Below, piece after piece: positions 47,560-60,237 of a DNA stretch of 64,000 nucleotides. Position 1 is the first letter of the stretch. The number at the start of each line of letters is the position of its first letter. This DNA comes from Paraspadella gotoi. Lineage: Eukaryota; Animalia; Chaetognatha. The notes beneath the pieces were generated by a model. The model was not told where the DNA came from. It saw only the letters and a program-made list of their open reading frames with translations, and made no database searches. The stretch is taken from positions 18,895,272 through 18,959,271 of the forward strand of contig CM119270.1 in the NCBI GenBank assembly GCA_051294375.1. Direction: 5' to 3'. The position numbers were made by a program, and so were the translations under genes.

Positions 47560-48490
47560 TCCTAATTATTTCATTAATTTATTTCATTTCCTAACTCTTT
47601 TTTTCGTTCTTCCATTCTTCTCTCTATGTGATTTCTTTACCTTTCCTCAATCCCTTCTCCTCTTTCCTTTCTCCCTCCATTTCCATTCCTTCCTCCATTC
47701 ACTCTTCTCAATTCATACTCATCACCTTCTCCTCTTTTCCTTTTTCCCTCCTTCTATTCATTCTCTTCCTCCATTCACTTCTCAATTCATCTCATTTCTT
47801 CTCACTCCTTCCTTTTCCCTCCTTCATTTCATATTTCCTCCATCTCACTTCTTCAATTCATTCATTCCTTTTCCTACTTTCCTTTCTCCCTCATCTCATT
47901 CCTTTCCTCCATTCAACTTGCTTGACAATTCATTCATGCTTCCTCCTCTTTCCATATTCTTCCTCATTCTTCTGCCTCCATGTCACTTCTCAATTCATTC
48001 ATATTCCCTTCTCCTGCTTTCCTTTCTCCCCTCCATTCATTCCTTCCTCCATGTCAGCTTCTCAATTCATTAATTTCTTCTTCACTCTTTCTCTTTCTCC
48101 TCCTTCTTCCTTCATTCATGTCCTTCCATTTCTATATTCTCAATTGCATTCAACATTTCCTTCTAACACCATGCCTTCTCTTTCGCTTTTCTGCGCCTCC
48201 ATTCATTCCTTCCTCCATTCACTTTCTGCAATTCATTCATCTCTCTCCTCTTCTCTTCTCCTCCATTCATTCCTTCCTCGCATTTCACTCTAATTCATTC
48301 TACTCTACTCTTCTCCTCTATTTCCTTTTCTCTCACCTCATTTCATGATCCTTCCCCATTTCAACTTCTCATATTCATTCAATCTCTTCTCATCGTTTCC
48401 TTTCTCCCTCTTCACTTCCATGTCACTATCATTTTGTCTCCCTCTTCCTCTCTTTTTCCTTTCATTCTTCTCTTTCTTCTCCCTCTTTCA
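47560..48490 (+). repeat. Pyrimidine-rich low-complexity tract with recurring ttctcaattcatt / ctccattcatt units
   Basis: Nearly G-free ~900-bp stretch. The 221-aa S/F/L/H ORF is compositional. Confidence 0.7.
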
Positions 48491-49289
48491 CTTGCTTCCA
48501 ATCGACGAGCTCAACAATTGATATCTCCTTATCGCAACCGCCCGACGGCTTTTCAGATCACAACCGGCACGCCATTCGACCACCTGTGGATGTGGGACGC
48601 ACACATAGGGTAGGAAATTAAGCGTTGAAAAATTCTAACGGTTCCTCTTCACTTACTTCTAATTTCCGCTTTGGCGCTCTCGAAAAATAAATCAAAAAAG
48701 TGTAAAAATACCTCATTTCGCTCGACAATTAATGAGTTTCCCAGCACGTTTAATCTAAAAATATATTTTTGCATTATGGATTTTTTTGAAGCGAAGTAGC
48801 TATTTCAAAGGATATCATTAATCACAATGAGAAAGAAAGATAATTATTACTATTTTCAACCGGAATGTATATTATGTCATTAATGATTTAAATCTGAATT
48901 TTAAGGTAATATTAAATGAATGAGAAATGAAATTAATATTTCGACGAGATAAAATTTGTTAAGATTATACTTAGGAGTTAATATTAAAATTAATTTCATT
49001 TGAGTGTACTTTGCCTTTGAGAAAGTAATTTTAATTCAGATTAAGTCTTTGTGCGCAGTACGTCCGTAATAAATTTTGATCTATTTTAAACTTAGCTTCT
49101 TAGTTTTAACTGAAACGGCGAAAACATGAAACTGTCGAAAACTGAAAACCGCAACAATAGTGTTAACACTCAGATAAGCTTTAACCAAGTTAAAAAAAAT
49201 AGGATGGCTTGAAAACCCCTATTAAATAGGTTTGTTCCCAAAGGAGAAGAAGCAATTAAAAAAAAAACCAGTTTTTGAAAATGAAAAAA

Positions 49290-49296
49290 TATAAAA
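49290..49296 (+). promoter_or_regulatory. Putative TATA box of the Kazal inhibitor gene
   Basis: TATAAAA about 65 bp upstream of the inferred ATG at 49357. The surrounding sequence is A-rich, so support is weak. Confidence 0.3.
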
Positions 49297-49356
49297 AACC
49301 TGGGAGATTCCTTAATTATTCGACAAAGCGATAGAATCTCAACCAAAAAAACAAAA

Positions 49357-50242
49357 ATGGTGGGTTAAAAGTAATTTTAAAAATGGTTTGTTTGTTAATT
49401 AACAACATTTTTTGGGTTACAAATGAACATTGAGTGTTTTGGTCTTTTAGTCTCTGAAATTCTTCATTCTTTCGTTCGTCATCGCCGTCGCCGTCGGGCA
49501 AAAGGACATTTGCCGCGCCCGTTGCCCGGATAGACACACTCCCGTGTGCGGCAGCGACCAGATAACTTACCCTAACAACTGCACGTTGCGTGTAAGATTT
49601 CAAAAAATAAAGGATTTCCGAATATTATCGTTTTTACAATAGTTTTTCATAATAACGATTAATTCATGCTTCGTACGAACAGATTAATCAGACCCAAACA
49701 TTCCTAACACACAAACGAATCTCCCACACACACAGATCGCCACTTGCGAGCGCCAGGTCTTCTTCGTGCACAACGGCAACTGCGCGCGATGCAACATCCG
49801 CTGCGATCCCACGGCGCCGCCGCGACCAGTCTGCGGATCCGACGGCCAACGGTACGAGACCATGTGCGACTTGCAGAAGGCAAACTGCGAACGAGAAGTC
49901 ATCTTCATCAACAACGGAGATTGCAAGACGCAACCTGGTTGTCCTTTCATATGTCCATCGAATTTCAATCCGGTCTGCGGTTCGGACGGAAAAACCTACA
50001 GCAATGAATGCGTCTTTATGTTAAAGAATTGCGGTGAGGGCAGTCAGATTGTCAGGATCTCATATCACGGCGCATGCGCCGAGACTCGGGTGAGGTCTTG
50101 TCCCGACTTCTGTCCCTACCGTTACTTTCCGGTCTGTGGATCCAACGGGAGAACTTATTTCAGTTTGTGTGAAATGAAGCGTCAGAATTGCGGGACGACC
50201 GAAGTGCAAGTTAGTCTCCAGGCAAAATGCAGCACTGGCTGA
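49357..50242 (+). CDS. Secreted four-domain Kazal-type serine protease inhibitor, ~216 aa
   Basis: ATG-only first coding exon 49357-49359 (caaaaATG|gtgggt; alternative ATG 49383). Exon 49451-49591 encodes SLKFFILSFVIAVAVG-QKDICRARCPDRHTPVCGSDQITYPNNCTLR, and exon 49736-50242 follows, all phase 0. Four C-x3-C-xn-PVCGS[DN]-x2-[TR]Y-x3-C-x6-C-xn-C domains and a hydrophobic signal peptide. AATAAA at ~50380 and ~50399. Confidence 0.92.
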
Positions 50243-50510
50243 GCAGCTCTTTTCTCGGTTATTTCAGATTTAACAATATGACAATCGTCACCGAAGCTGT
50301 AATGGTAAATTGTATTGTAAATGTAAATTGTAATGATATATGTAAAATGTTCTTTTAGTTTAGTATAAATTCTATAAGTAATAAACGTAATGTGATTCAA
50401 TAAAATTCAAAATGTAATTACAAATTGGTAAATGTTTTTCCCTTGTTTTATCAATCATTTAAAAGTACGTGACAGTTATGCAAATTGGTATAAGAAAAAG
50501 GCTAGTACTA

Positions 50511-50541
<31 letters not shown>

Positions 50542-50543
50542 GC

Positions 50544-50575
<32 letters not shown>

Positions 50576-50851
50576 AAATAAAAAAATTATGCAGAGAAGC
50601 GTCGGATCCATAATTTTCCAAATTTCTAAATCGGATTTGAGTAAAAATGTCTTGAAGAATAATCTTAAAACTTTAAAAGCTTCAACATAGATTTTTGAAA
50701 CGCTTTAAAACGCTTTGCCGCGATTCGAATCATAATGCGCTTCGTGCATAAAACCATATTCGAACCGAAGCTTTTAATGGCTTAACTAAATCCCGGTCGC
50801 AGCTGAATGCCTCGCGGACGGGAGACGCCCTCTTCAAGGGGGAGTTTTAAA

Positions 50852-51048
50852 AATCGCTTTAATTAGAAATCGCTTTAGCGATCGCTTTAATTAGAAATCG
50901 CTTTAGCGGTCGCTTTAATTAGAAATCGCTTTAGCAATCGCTTTAATTAGAAATTGCTTTAGCGAACGCTTTAATTAGAAATTGCATTAGCGATCGCTTT
51001 AATTATAAATCGCTTTGGCAATTGCTTTAATTAGAAATCGCTTTAATT
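50852..51048 (+). repeat. Minisatellite, ~28-bp unit atcgctttaattagaaatcgctttagcg, ~7 copies
   Basis: Read directly. Confidence 0.88.
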
Positions 51049-51127
51049 GAAATTGTGACATGGACTTATGCTAAAAATATATTTTTTCAAAACTAAAATC
51101 CGCAACGCGAATCTAGTATTTAAAGTG

Positions 51128-51250
51128 GATCGCTTTGACTGGACTCGCTTTAACCATAACCGTTTTCACCGGAATCGCTTTAACCATAATCGCTTTCACC
51201 GGAATCGCTTTAACCATAATCACCGGAATCGCTTCGACCGGAATCGGTTC
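51128..51250 (+). repeat. Related 30-bp repeat atcgctttaaccataatcgctttcaccgga
   Basis: About 3-4 units sharing the atcgcttt core with the 50852 array. Confidence 0.75.
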
Positions 51251-51710
51251 CACGCATCGAATTCAATAGCGAGAAAAACAGATCAGTGGCTGTTTCCATT
51301 CTTGTTTGATGGCTCGCGCATTTGCAGAGAGAGAGAGAGAGAGAGAGAGAAGAGAGTATCGATGAGAGAGAGGAGCAGGAAGAGAAGAGAGAGAGAGAGA
51401 GAGAGAGATTTGATTGAAATCATGGATGGGAAATCCAAGGAACTGAAATCACGCGGCGGAAAAGATAAGACGAATACCGAGAGATGAGCATCGATACAGC
51501 GGAGATGCAGTGGGATGCAGCAGATGCCGCGGTAGAGGAGTTCGATGCAGCAAAATCCCAAGGAGATGCAGAGACGATACCCTCGGATGCCGTGGGAATG
51601 CAGTCGTGCCCCCGGAGAGGAGACGCGTCGTGGGAGGAGCCAGAGTCTTAGAAGAAGAAATGCAAATCGTTGTAAATCGTCGGTCGTTGAATGAAAAATA
51701 GCATAAACGG

Positions 51711-51777
<67 letters not shown>

Positions 51778-52351
51778 GAAAAAGAAAGAATCTACCATAA
51801 GCTGAAGACGAGTTGAGACATCAACGCCAATGGGCCCTGGATCCCGGCCACGCCTTCCAGGGAAAAAGAAAGAGAGAAAGAAAGGGAGAAAGAAAGAGAG
51901 AAAGAAAGGGAGAAAGAAAGAAAGAAAGAAAAAAAGAAAGAAAGAAAGAAAAAAAGAAAGAAAAAAGGAAAGAAAGAAAGAAAGAAAAAAGGAAAGAAAG
52001 AAAAAAGTATAAGGAAGAAATAATGGTAGCGAAGAGGGCGCTAAATGCCCGGTCGCGGTTTTGGGAGGCGAAACCCGGTCGGGCATCAAATCACCAAAGT
52101 CGGGCATCTTTTTTCAGAAAGTCGGGCATTGCCGGGGAAGAGGGAGAGAAAGGAGGGAGAGTGAGAGGAGAGAGAGGGAGAGGAGCCAGAATAGACTTAA
52201 GGAAATGAGAGAAGTTGAAGGAAAAAGAACGGGAGAAGTTTAGTTGAAACATGATATCAAACTAAAACTACCTTAATAGACAAATAAATATTTTCATAAA
52301 ATTCCTGAACAAAAAACAGATTATCCAGGATGACAACAATCGGTTGTTTCG

Positions 52352-52448
<97 letters not shown>

Positions 52449-52668
52449 AAATTCGAAAGAGAATTTTTGGGGCCAACGATTTTTTAAAGGGAATGAACGA
52501 ACTCTTTCAAAAGAGTCGCTTCATTAAAATATCAAAAGAAAATTAGTACAGCGTTAACGGTCTAAAACGATTTAAACGAGTCGCTCGGTTCTTTGTTCTT
52601 TTCTATCGTTTTCATCTTTGGTTGTTGGTTTTTCTCTTTGCGGTTTTCTCTTTCTTTCCTTATTTCAT

Positions 52669-52752
<84 letters not shown>

Positions 52753-52785
52753 TATTGATTTATTCTTACTACTTTTTTCACTCAC

Positions 52786-52967
52786 TCTAAGAAGCCACGA
52801 GTGACATTGGAATCAATTCCAGCATCCGACCTTCCCCATTCAAAACCGTCCCCTTCAACAACACACTGACCCAATGCACTCTGACCCGCTCGACGCTGAC
52901 CCGTTGGAAAGTGACCCACTGACTTTAAAAGCCGCCAACTTTGTGGGACTCGATCGGACAAAAAGAA
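52786..52967 (-). CDS. Candidate internal exon of an unidentified gene
   Basis: Minus strand: acceptor taatttttctttttgtggtcctag and donor GA|gtgagt flank 182 nt open in phase 0: FFLSDRVPQSWRLLKSVGHFPTGQRRAGQSALGQCVVEGDGFEWGRSDAGIDSNVTRGFL. No family recognised. Confidence 0.3.
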
Positions 52968-54919
52968 CTAGGACCACAAAAAGAAAAATTACGCAAACGA
53001 GAAGAAATATCCTTTTTCTTTCGCGAAATAAATATATTTTTTCCCATCGAGATTATTAATCGAATTTCTCCCTTTCTCTTTTCTCCCAAAGTTTCGCAAA
53101 CGCGGTCAACATCTGGCTCGAAACCAACCCAACCATTTTAGACTGCAAGCCTTTCCGACACATCCTGCACCATTGATGCACAACACCCAAACCATTCCTC
53201 TTCATTTCCATTCCTCCCTTCTCTCTTTAAACCCTCCGAACCTTTACCTTCGCACCACTAAACCCGGATTCTTCCCTTTAAACCCATTTTCTCCCCCTAA
53301 CCTCCGACCCCCCCAAACCCCCACCAAAAAAATCCAGATTCGGCCCAACATTTATTCGCTCGGAAGAAAATAAATCTTTCGCCGCCTCTCGACTCTCGAG
53401 TCTCCATTTTTCTTTATTTTTATTTTCGGGTCGAAATTTTTTTTTTATTGCGAAATCAGCCAAAAAAGTCGAGACACAGAAAAAAATTAAGGTCGAACGC
53501 ATTGGATCGCAAAAGGATTGCGAAGAGAGTCGAAGGTTGGCTGCTGATGGTCAAATTTAGCGGAAGACTTTGAGGCCAGATACTTACTATCGTTGTGTTG
53601 CTTTTACAAATTAAAGGATAGACTCATTAAATGATAAGAAAATTGTTTTAGTGATTCAATCGGCCAAAAACGCGAAATATAAATTAACATATGGAGTAAG
53701 TATATTTGACTTACCTTTTTTGGTGAACGTATGAAAGAAAGGAGGGAGGAGAAAAAGGGAAGAAAAGTAATGATTAATTAATTCAATTGTCAATTAGGTT
53801 TAAAATATAGATTATACAACTGACTTCCTTCACGTCCACGTTTCTATCTAACTTATCATTTCACATTGCTAACATTACCTGCTCTAATTTCTCACTTCGT
53901 AATACAAACTCACTTCTCACTTCCCAACCCTCGTTTCTCCCGTTCTCACATCTCACTCCCCAATTCTCACTTGACGCGCTCTCACTTCCTACTCTTCACG
54001 ATTTCCGACCGAGAAAAAAAAGGCGAATTTAATTAAGCGAAGGAGTTAGTGAACCGAAGGCGCGTCTTTCACGAGATCCCCATTTTTCCCTTCGCCCTTT
54101 TTTCATTCAGAATCGGTCAAACTTTGCAACATTTTCATCTTCAACTTACCCAAGATTTATTATCCATCTTATCCCATTTTCTTCTATCTTATTCAAACCC
54201 TTCTTATGCTCGTCCTTACCTTATCTCTCTCCCCCATTTCCCGATATTTTGTGAACACCTTATCACTAGCCCAAACTCCCCCCACAAACCCCAACGCCCC
54301 ATCCACCTCCCCACAAACCCCTACGCCCCACCTCTCCAAAAGCCCCCCCTTAAACTTGACCCTTAGGGCCTCGGCCAATCGCGGCGAAAGGCCTTGTCAT
54401 TGTCAGAACTTCGACCCGCGGGGGAAACGAAGGCGGCGGAGGCGATTCCGGTCAAATCGGTGGTGGGGGGAGGTGGAGGAGGAGATGGAGGTGAAGGGGT
54501 GTCTGGGGAGTGGTTTGATGGTGGTTTTGCCTCTAGTGGGAATGGAGGGCTCTAGATGTATAGAGAGATGTATTTTTCTTGTATAAACAAATAAATAAAA
54601 AGTTTGGACGGTTGATGAAGACTCTCGTCTGGTAAAAAGTGGCGTTAGATTGTTCGAAGTATAAATTGCACCACGGCTTTGAGAGTGGAACCGGGTACGC
54701 GCTGGCGTTCTAGATCCGATCTGAAGATTTCGCCGGCGGAGCTGATCTAGAACGCGGCGCTGGCAGATCGCTGCGGCTGAACGCTGCGCTGCCGATGGTC
54801 AGAAAAAGAAAAAAATATCCAGGAGTGAATTGACCTGAATTTCTATCGAATCGAGACTGAGATGCATTTCGCTTTTGGTTGACCCTTTTTATTTTGGAGA
54901 ATGGAAGGAGGGAGAGAGG

Positions 54920-54968
<49 letters not shown>

Positions 54969-54993
54969 GAGAGAGAAGAGAGAGAGAGAGAAG

Positions 54994-55025
<32 letters not shown>

Positions 55026-55134
55026 ATGGGAAGGAAAACAGTTGGAGGAAAAGAGGAATAAGAAAGGGTTACGGTATATGTTGAAGTGAAGGAAAATGAC
55101 GCAAAGAAGAATCAACCGAATAAGATAGAATGAT

Positions 55135-55250
55135 GATGAATGAATGAATGAATGAATGAATGAATGAATGAATGAATGACAAAAAAATAAGAGGAGGAAT
55201 AAAGAACTAACCAACCAACCAACCAACCAACCAACCAACCAACCAACCAA
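55135..55250. repeat. Adjacent (TGAA)n and (AACC)n microsatellites
   Basis: Read directly. Confidence 0.9.
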
Positions 55251-55511
55251 TTGTTTTGTTTTAATCTCCTTTCGTTTTTGGCGCAAAAAATTTTCACAAG
55301 AAATCGTGAAACATTTCTATCACACGCGGTGTGAGTCACTCCCAATAACTCAGGTTTCTCAAGATTTGACGTTGAAACTAAGAGCAACCGAGCAAAGACC
55401 AGAGATCTCCAACCAGAGACTATTCCCCGTGACGCGATGCCATTTCGAAATTCCACCACAATCCCTGGCGACTCGCGCCACATCCGAACTCAGCAACGCC
55501 GCTTTTCGCGC

Positions 55512-55545
<34 letters not shown>

Positions 55546-55587
55546 CTAGGTTCGACACGAAAGTTTGTCAATAAAATTCGCGCTAAA

Positions 55588-55642
<55 letters not shown>

Positions 55643-56014
55643 GAATTAAGATCGTGAAGCGAAAATTTGGTTTAGAAGAAAATCCGATATTAGTCAATAA
55701 TTTGAAAATATGACAACGTTAAGTAAAAAAGTTTCTCTGTCAATATGACGAAACGACTAACTCAAATTAGAATTTAAATTAAAGAGTGAAACGTGAAGTT
55801 TGGTGAGTTTGGGTGAGGTTCAAAGAAACTAAGCTAATAAGGTTGAAGCGAATGTAACTTGGAATGGATATAACGGTTAGTGCTTCATCCATGTGGCAAT
55901 CAAATAGTCTTAATTGTACGAAATTGAAAATCTAATTTATGAAAGTGAAAAGTGAAGGTGATGACCGCGAGTTGGATGGAAGGCTGAGTGAAGGACATTA
56001 AGATTCGGGAGGCA

Positions 56015-56107
56015 CATAGTAAGGTGGACTGGATACAATTTCATACTGCCTCGCTATCCAACTTTAACGACATTGAATCCATAGTAAGGTGGACTAGATA
56101 AAATTCC
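56015..56107 (-). repeat. Dispersed, diverged ~1.4-unit copy of the 68-bp satellite at 38860-39328
   Basis: catagtaaggtggac..aatttcatactgcctcgctatcca..tgaatccatagtaaggtggac matches the reverse complement of the satellite unit (ccatagtaaggtggacagcagaaaatttcatacagcctcgctaccca). Confidence 0.8.
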
Positions 56108-56129
56108 TTTTTTTTTCTTTGTATTTCTT

Positions 56130-56243
<114 letters not shown>

Positions 56244-57215
56244 AGTTACTCTTTGTTATCTCTTTCGGTTTTGACCTGAATTTTCCCTTATTTCGACAGA
56301 ATAAAAAGTGGAGGGAGAATATGAAGGGAGAATCGGCAGAGGGGGAGGAGTAAAAAAATGGAGTTTGTCAAGCTCTTTCTCTCTCTCTCTCTCTCAAACT
56401 AAATTTATTTTCCTCGATGACACCGAAAGTCGGATATTTTTCTCATTTCCTTATTTTCAGCTTTTGTTTATTTTAAGACCATTTGAGTTTTTCCTTTTTG
56501 GAATTCTCTTTACTATTAATATCGTTACCTCGTTGAATAGAAAAAAACAACATCATGAGAGGATGGAAACGATTTCTGAGAAATCAAGACTTTCGAGTCT
56601 TTAATTGTTTTCGGTGTCCGATTTCTTCGCCTCGCCCACCGCATTTAATTTCCGGTCCGCTTTGCATCGGAAGCCAATCAACTTCGTCCTCTATCGTTAC
56701 CCACAAAGCCTTTTTCCTTCACCCACAAAGCGCTTTTACTCAAACCACAAAAGCGTCTCATATGTTTTTTGTCTAACAGATGTTTAAAGTAAAAATTATT
56801 TGGGAATTTGGGACATTGTTGTCTGTTTTTTTTTNNNNNNNNNNNNNNNNNNNNNNNNNNNNNNNNNNNNNNNNNNNNNNNNNNNNNNNNNNNNNNNNNN
56901 NNNNNNNNNNNNNNNNNNNNNNNNNNNNNNNNNNNNNNNNNNNNNNNNNNNNNNNNNNNNNNNNNNNNNNNNNNNNNNNNNNNNNNNNNNNNNNNNNNNN
57001 NNNNNNNNNNNGAAAATCCCCAGCTGATCTTTTTTTCTCTGTATCGACTTCTCTTCCCGCGGAGTCTGAATTTTCTCTCAAATTGGAAACTGAGCTTCTC
57101 ACAAGACTTCGAGTGAAAAGTCTGGTGAAAATCACAGGCGCGTGATCTCAGCTGGGAGTCGCAGGCATCGGGCGGGGGCAGGGGCGTCGCCGGCGCTGTC
57201 ACTCAGGATATCCGC

Positions 57216-57229
57216 GTTGCCATGGTGAC
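57216..57229. promoter_or_regulatory. RFX X-box-like motif GTTGCCATGGTGAC
   Basis: 12/14 match to the palindromic X-box GTTGCCATGGCAAC, inside a CpG-rich island. Confidence 0.4.
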
Positions 57230-57341
57230 AGAAAGACGATGGCGAAGACGACGACGACGAAGTTAAATTAAGAAAGAGTTTGCTCATCAAATTTGACGGG
57301 GAGAAGATNNNNNNNNNNNNNNNNNNNNNNNNNNNNNNNNN

Positions 57342-57376
<35 letters not shown>

Positions 57377-57743
57377 ACCGATACCGACGCTAACGACGAA
57401 GATTATAACGACGATAACGACGATAATGACAACGATAACGACGACGATAACGATGCTAACGACGACCGCGACGTTAATCAGCGCTAATGAACTCTGGACG
57501 AAAGGAAATTTTATCGTTTTTAATTTCCTTTTTTTTTTCAATCATTTTTTACCTCCTGTGGGGGGAGAATTAATTTGGAAGAAAAATATTAAATTCTTGA
57601 TGAAGTCCGGGATTCATTGGAGTGGAGGTTGGTGTGGTTGTGTTGTGGGCGTTGTGGGCAGCGAACTTGTGGGCAATGATGGGTGAGCAGAGTGAAAGAG
57701 TTCGGACTTAATTTTTGAAAAGGGTTAAAAGTGGAAGCTGAGT

Positions 57744-58173
57744 CTAGTTGGAATCATGAATAAAAGAAGTTGCAATTTCGAGACTGATAAGAGATAAAAG
57801 GGAGGCCCAGGAACCGTTCAACATAGGAGTGTCCCTGAAGACGAGATGGGTCATAAGTGAGATGAGGGACTGAGATGTGATAAGAGTTGGGTTGAATAGA
57901 GTCGTTCCTGGCTGGAGCGATTTAGACACTCTGGGAAAATAGAAAAAAAAAACTAAAATGTAGAGAATTTGGAATACATGTATGTCAAAAATATTTAATG
58001 TTTTTTAATTGATTTTATTTACGTTTTTAATTCATTGAAGAGAGCGAATGAGAAGAGCGAATAAAGAGAGCGAATGAGTAAAGCGATTGAGTAGAGCGAT
58101 GAGTCTTCACTGGATCCATGCCCTCTTGAACTTTAAAATATTCCACCTGTCTGAAGACTCGACTATCAGTCCT
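57744..58173 (-). CDS. Candidate two terminal exons of an unidentified gene
   Basis: Minus strand: gttttccccag|A GGA CTG ATA..TGG ATC CA|gtgaag (~58173-58111) joins in phase 2 to ttctattttcccag|A GTG TCT AAA..AAC TAG (57930-57744), giving GLIVESSDRWNILKFKRAWIQVSKSLQPGTTLFNPTL...IHDSN*. No homology recognised. Confidence 0.2.
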
Positions 58174-60237
58174 CTGGGGAAAACATGATAAGAGAGCAAA
58201 AGTTTTTTAGAAGTTTCAGCCGATCGGGGATGAAAATAAAGTTGGGCGAGGCATCCCAAAGGTTATCGGAATCGGCCGATTTTTTTTCCGGCAAAGAAAC
58301 GGTTAAGATGTCCGGTCGAACAGGAAATGGAGGAAAGAGATAAGAAATTCAATTTTAGGTTTTTTTACTTTTCAAATGACATAATTTTTTTTTGGTTCGC
58401 GGTTGTTAGAAAACATAGACTTAGTAACTCTAAAAATTAAACTATGACCATATTTTCAAAATCATAATGAGACTGGCAACTTTTCCACTGGAATTACCAA
58501 TGACTCACTACCTTTAAGATTGTCCTTGATCTTTTCATCACACAGGCTCCTACTTTTTTCAGAACTCTCGCGTGATATTCTTAAGAAAAAAAGGAGAAAA
58601 GTGATAGGGATTCGAACCCGAGACCTTTTAGTGACGATGCGTCAGAGGTCGGTGAGTTTAGAATTTGAAGTGGAATATTTGGTCGGTTGTTGTTGTTGTC
58701 GTATGTCGCCAGTTGCGTTGAAAAGTCAAAAGTTCAGAAAGAGATAGACATTTAAAAAAAAAAGTGAAGAGTTGAGTTAAATGAAATTAAAAAAAGAAAG
58801 TATAGAAGAAAAAGATAAATAATAAGATAATAAAGGTTGTAACCAGGTGTAGGCGTATGTAAACCTTAAATGTAAAAAACCAAAAAAAGCTTTAAAAAAT
58901 AACGAAGGCAAACGAATTAAAAAAAAACAAAAAAAAAACTCTGGCGCCAATTTCTCAATCCTAACGACATCATTTTAGTTTTAGGCGCCTTTTTTCTGTC
59001 GCTGCTGCGTCGGGGCGGCGTCGTCTGCTGCGACATCCAGCGCCCTCTGCCGCGTTGGGTGGCGGCGGCGAAATGCGCGGTGGGCGTGGCAACGAGATGG
59101 CGCTTCAACTCTGACGAATGCTTGACCTCGACTCGAGGATGAGTGGAGGAAAGAGGAGGAATTGAGCAGGGGAGGAAAGGAAAGGAAAGGAAAGGAAAGG
59201 AAAGGAAAGGAAAGGAAAGGAAAGGAAAGGAAAGAAAAATGTTAAGAAATAAAAAAATACCTAGAATATTATGATACATTTTAAGACAAAGTGTGTTGGA
59301 GGAGAAAGTAGGTTTGCTATTGGTCAATTTGTTACATTCGGATATAAATTTAGATGAAATAAGGATTTTTTTTTGAGCCGAGGAAGAGAGCACGATAGAG
59401 ATTTTGAAAGTAACACCGGAAAAATTTGAGTTATTTTTTGCGAAGAGATGATCTCTCGATATTATTTTCCTTTGTAGTAATTATGCCATGTCCCTCCCCG
59501 CCACTGATACCAACATACCCCTAGCAATCTCCGCCCCAGCATCTGAGAGCATTCCTATTCCTAAGAACATTCCCTAGCCTCATCGTGGCCGGATAACCTC
59601 ATCAATGCCGCATTCAAACGAGGGCGACACGATAATCGCGACGATGACGACCGACGATGGACGACGACGACGAATTCCGGACCGCAGCCCATCCCAACTG
59701 CGCACTGCCGCATGGTCATGTCGCAGTGATCCCCTCGACTCCCAACATGTTTGACCTTGGCGGAACGGGAAGGAGATTGACTCCCGTTCGAGCGTGGCCC
59801 ACCCTTTGTTTCCAGAGTCCTGCCTGTTCTTTTGTTATCATTGTGTATCTTTCTTCTTTCTTTTTTCTTTCTTCTTTCTTTCTTTCTTTCTTTTCTTTCT
59901 TTCTTTCTTTGTGCCATTCCTCACGTTCAGATGTCAAATGCCCCTTGTCTCTAATCTTCTTCCTTTCCTTCTAATCTACCCGTTCGTCTGTGACTCATCC
60001 TCAAATTTCGTCGCTGTGAAAGACTATAAAATTTAAAGAAAAAATAAAATTAAACAAAAACAAAATTGTATTTTAATTTTCTTAATTTTAATAATGTTTG
60101 TGCNNNNNNNNNNNNNNNNNNNNNNNNNCAAGGGAGATTAGAGGAAAGGAAAGAAGATTAAGACAAGGGGATTTGATGTGAACGTGAGGGAAGAAAAGAA
60201 AGAAAGAAAGAANNNNNNNNNNNNNNNNNNNNNNNNN

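Noticed and set aside
51283-52107. 274-aa minus-strand ORF and the GC-rich island at 51480-51650
   Set aside because: Mostly (CTTT)n translation; the island is open in several frames with no recognisable domain or consistent splice pair.
58607-58619. tRNA B-box (GGGTTCGAATCCC on the minus strand)
   Set aside because: No A-box or cloverleaf could be built around it; at most a decayed SINE/tRNA fragment.
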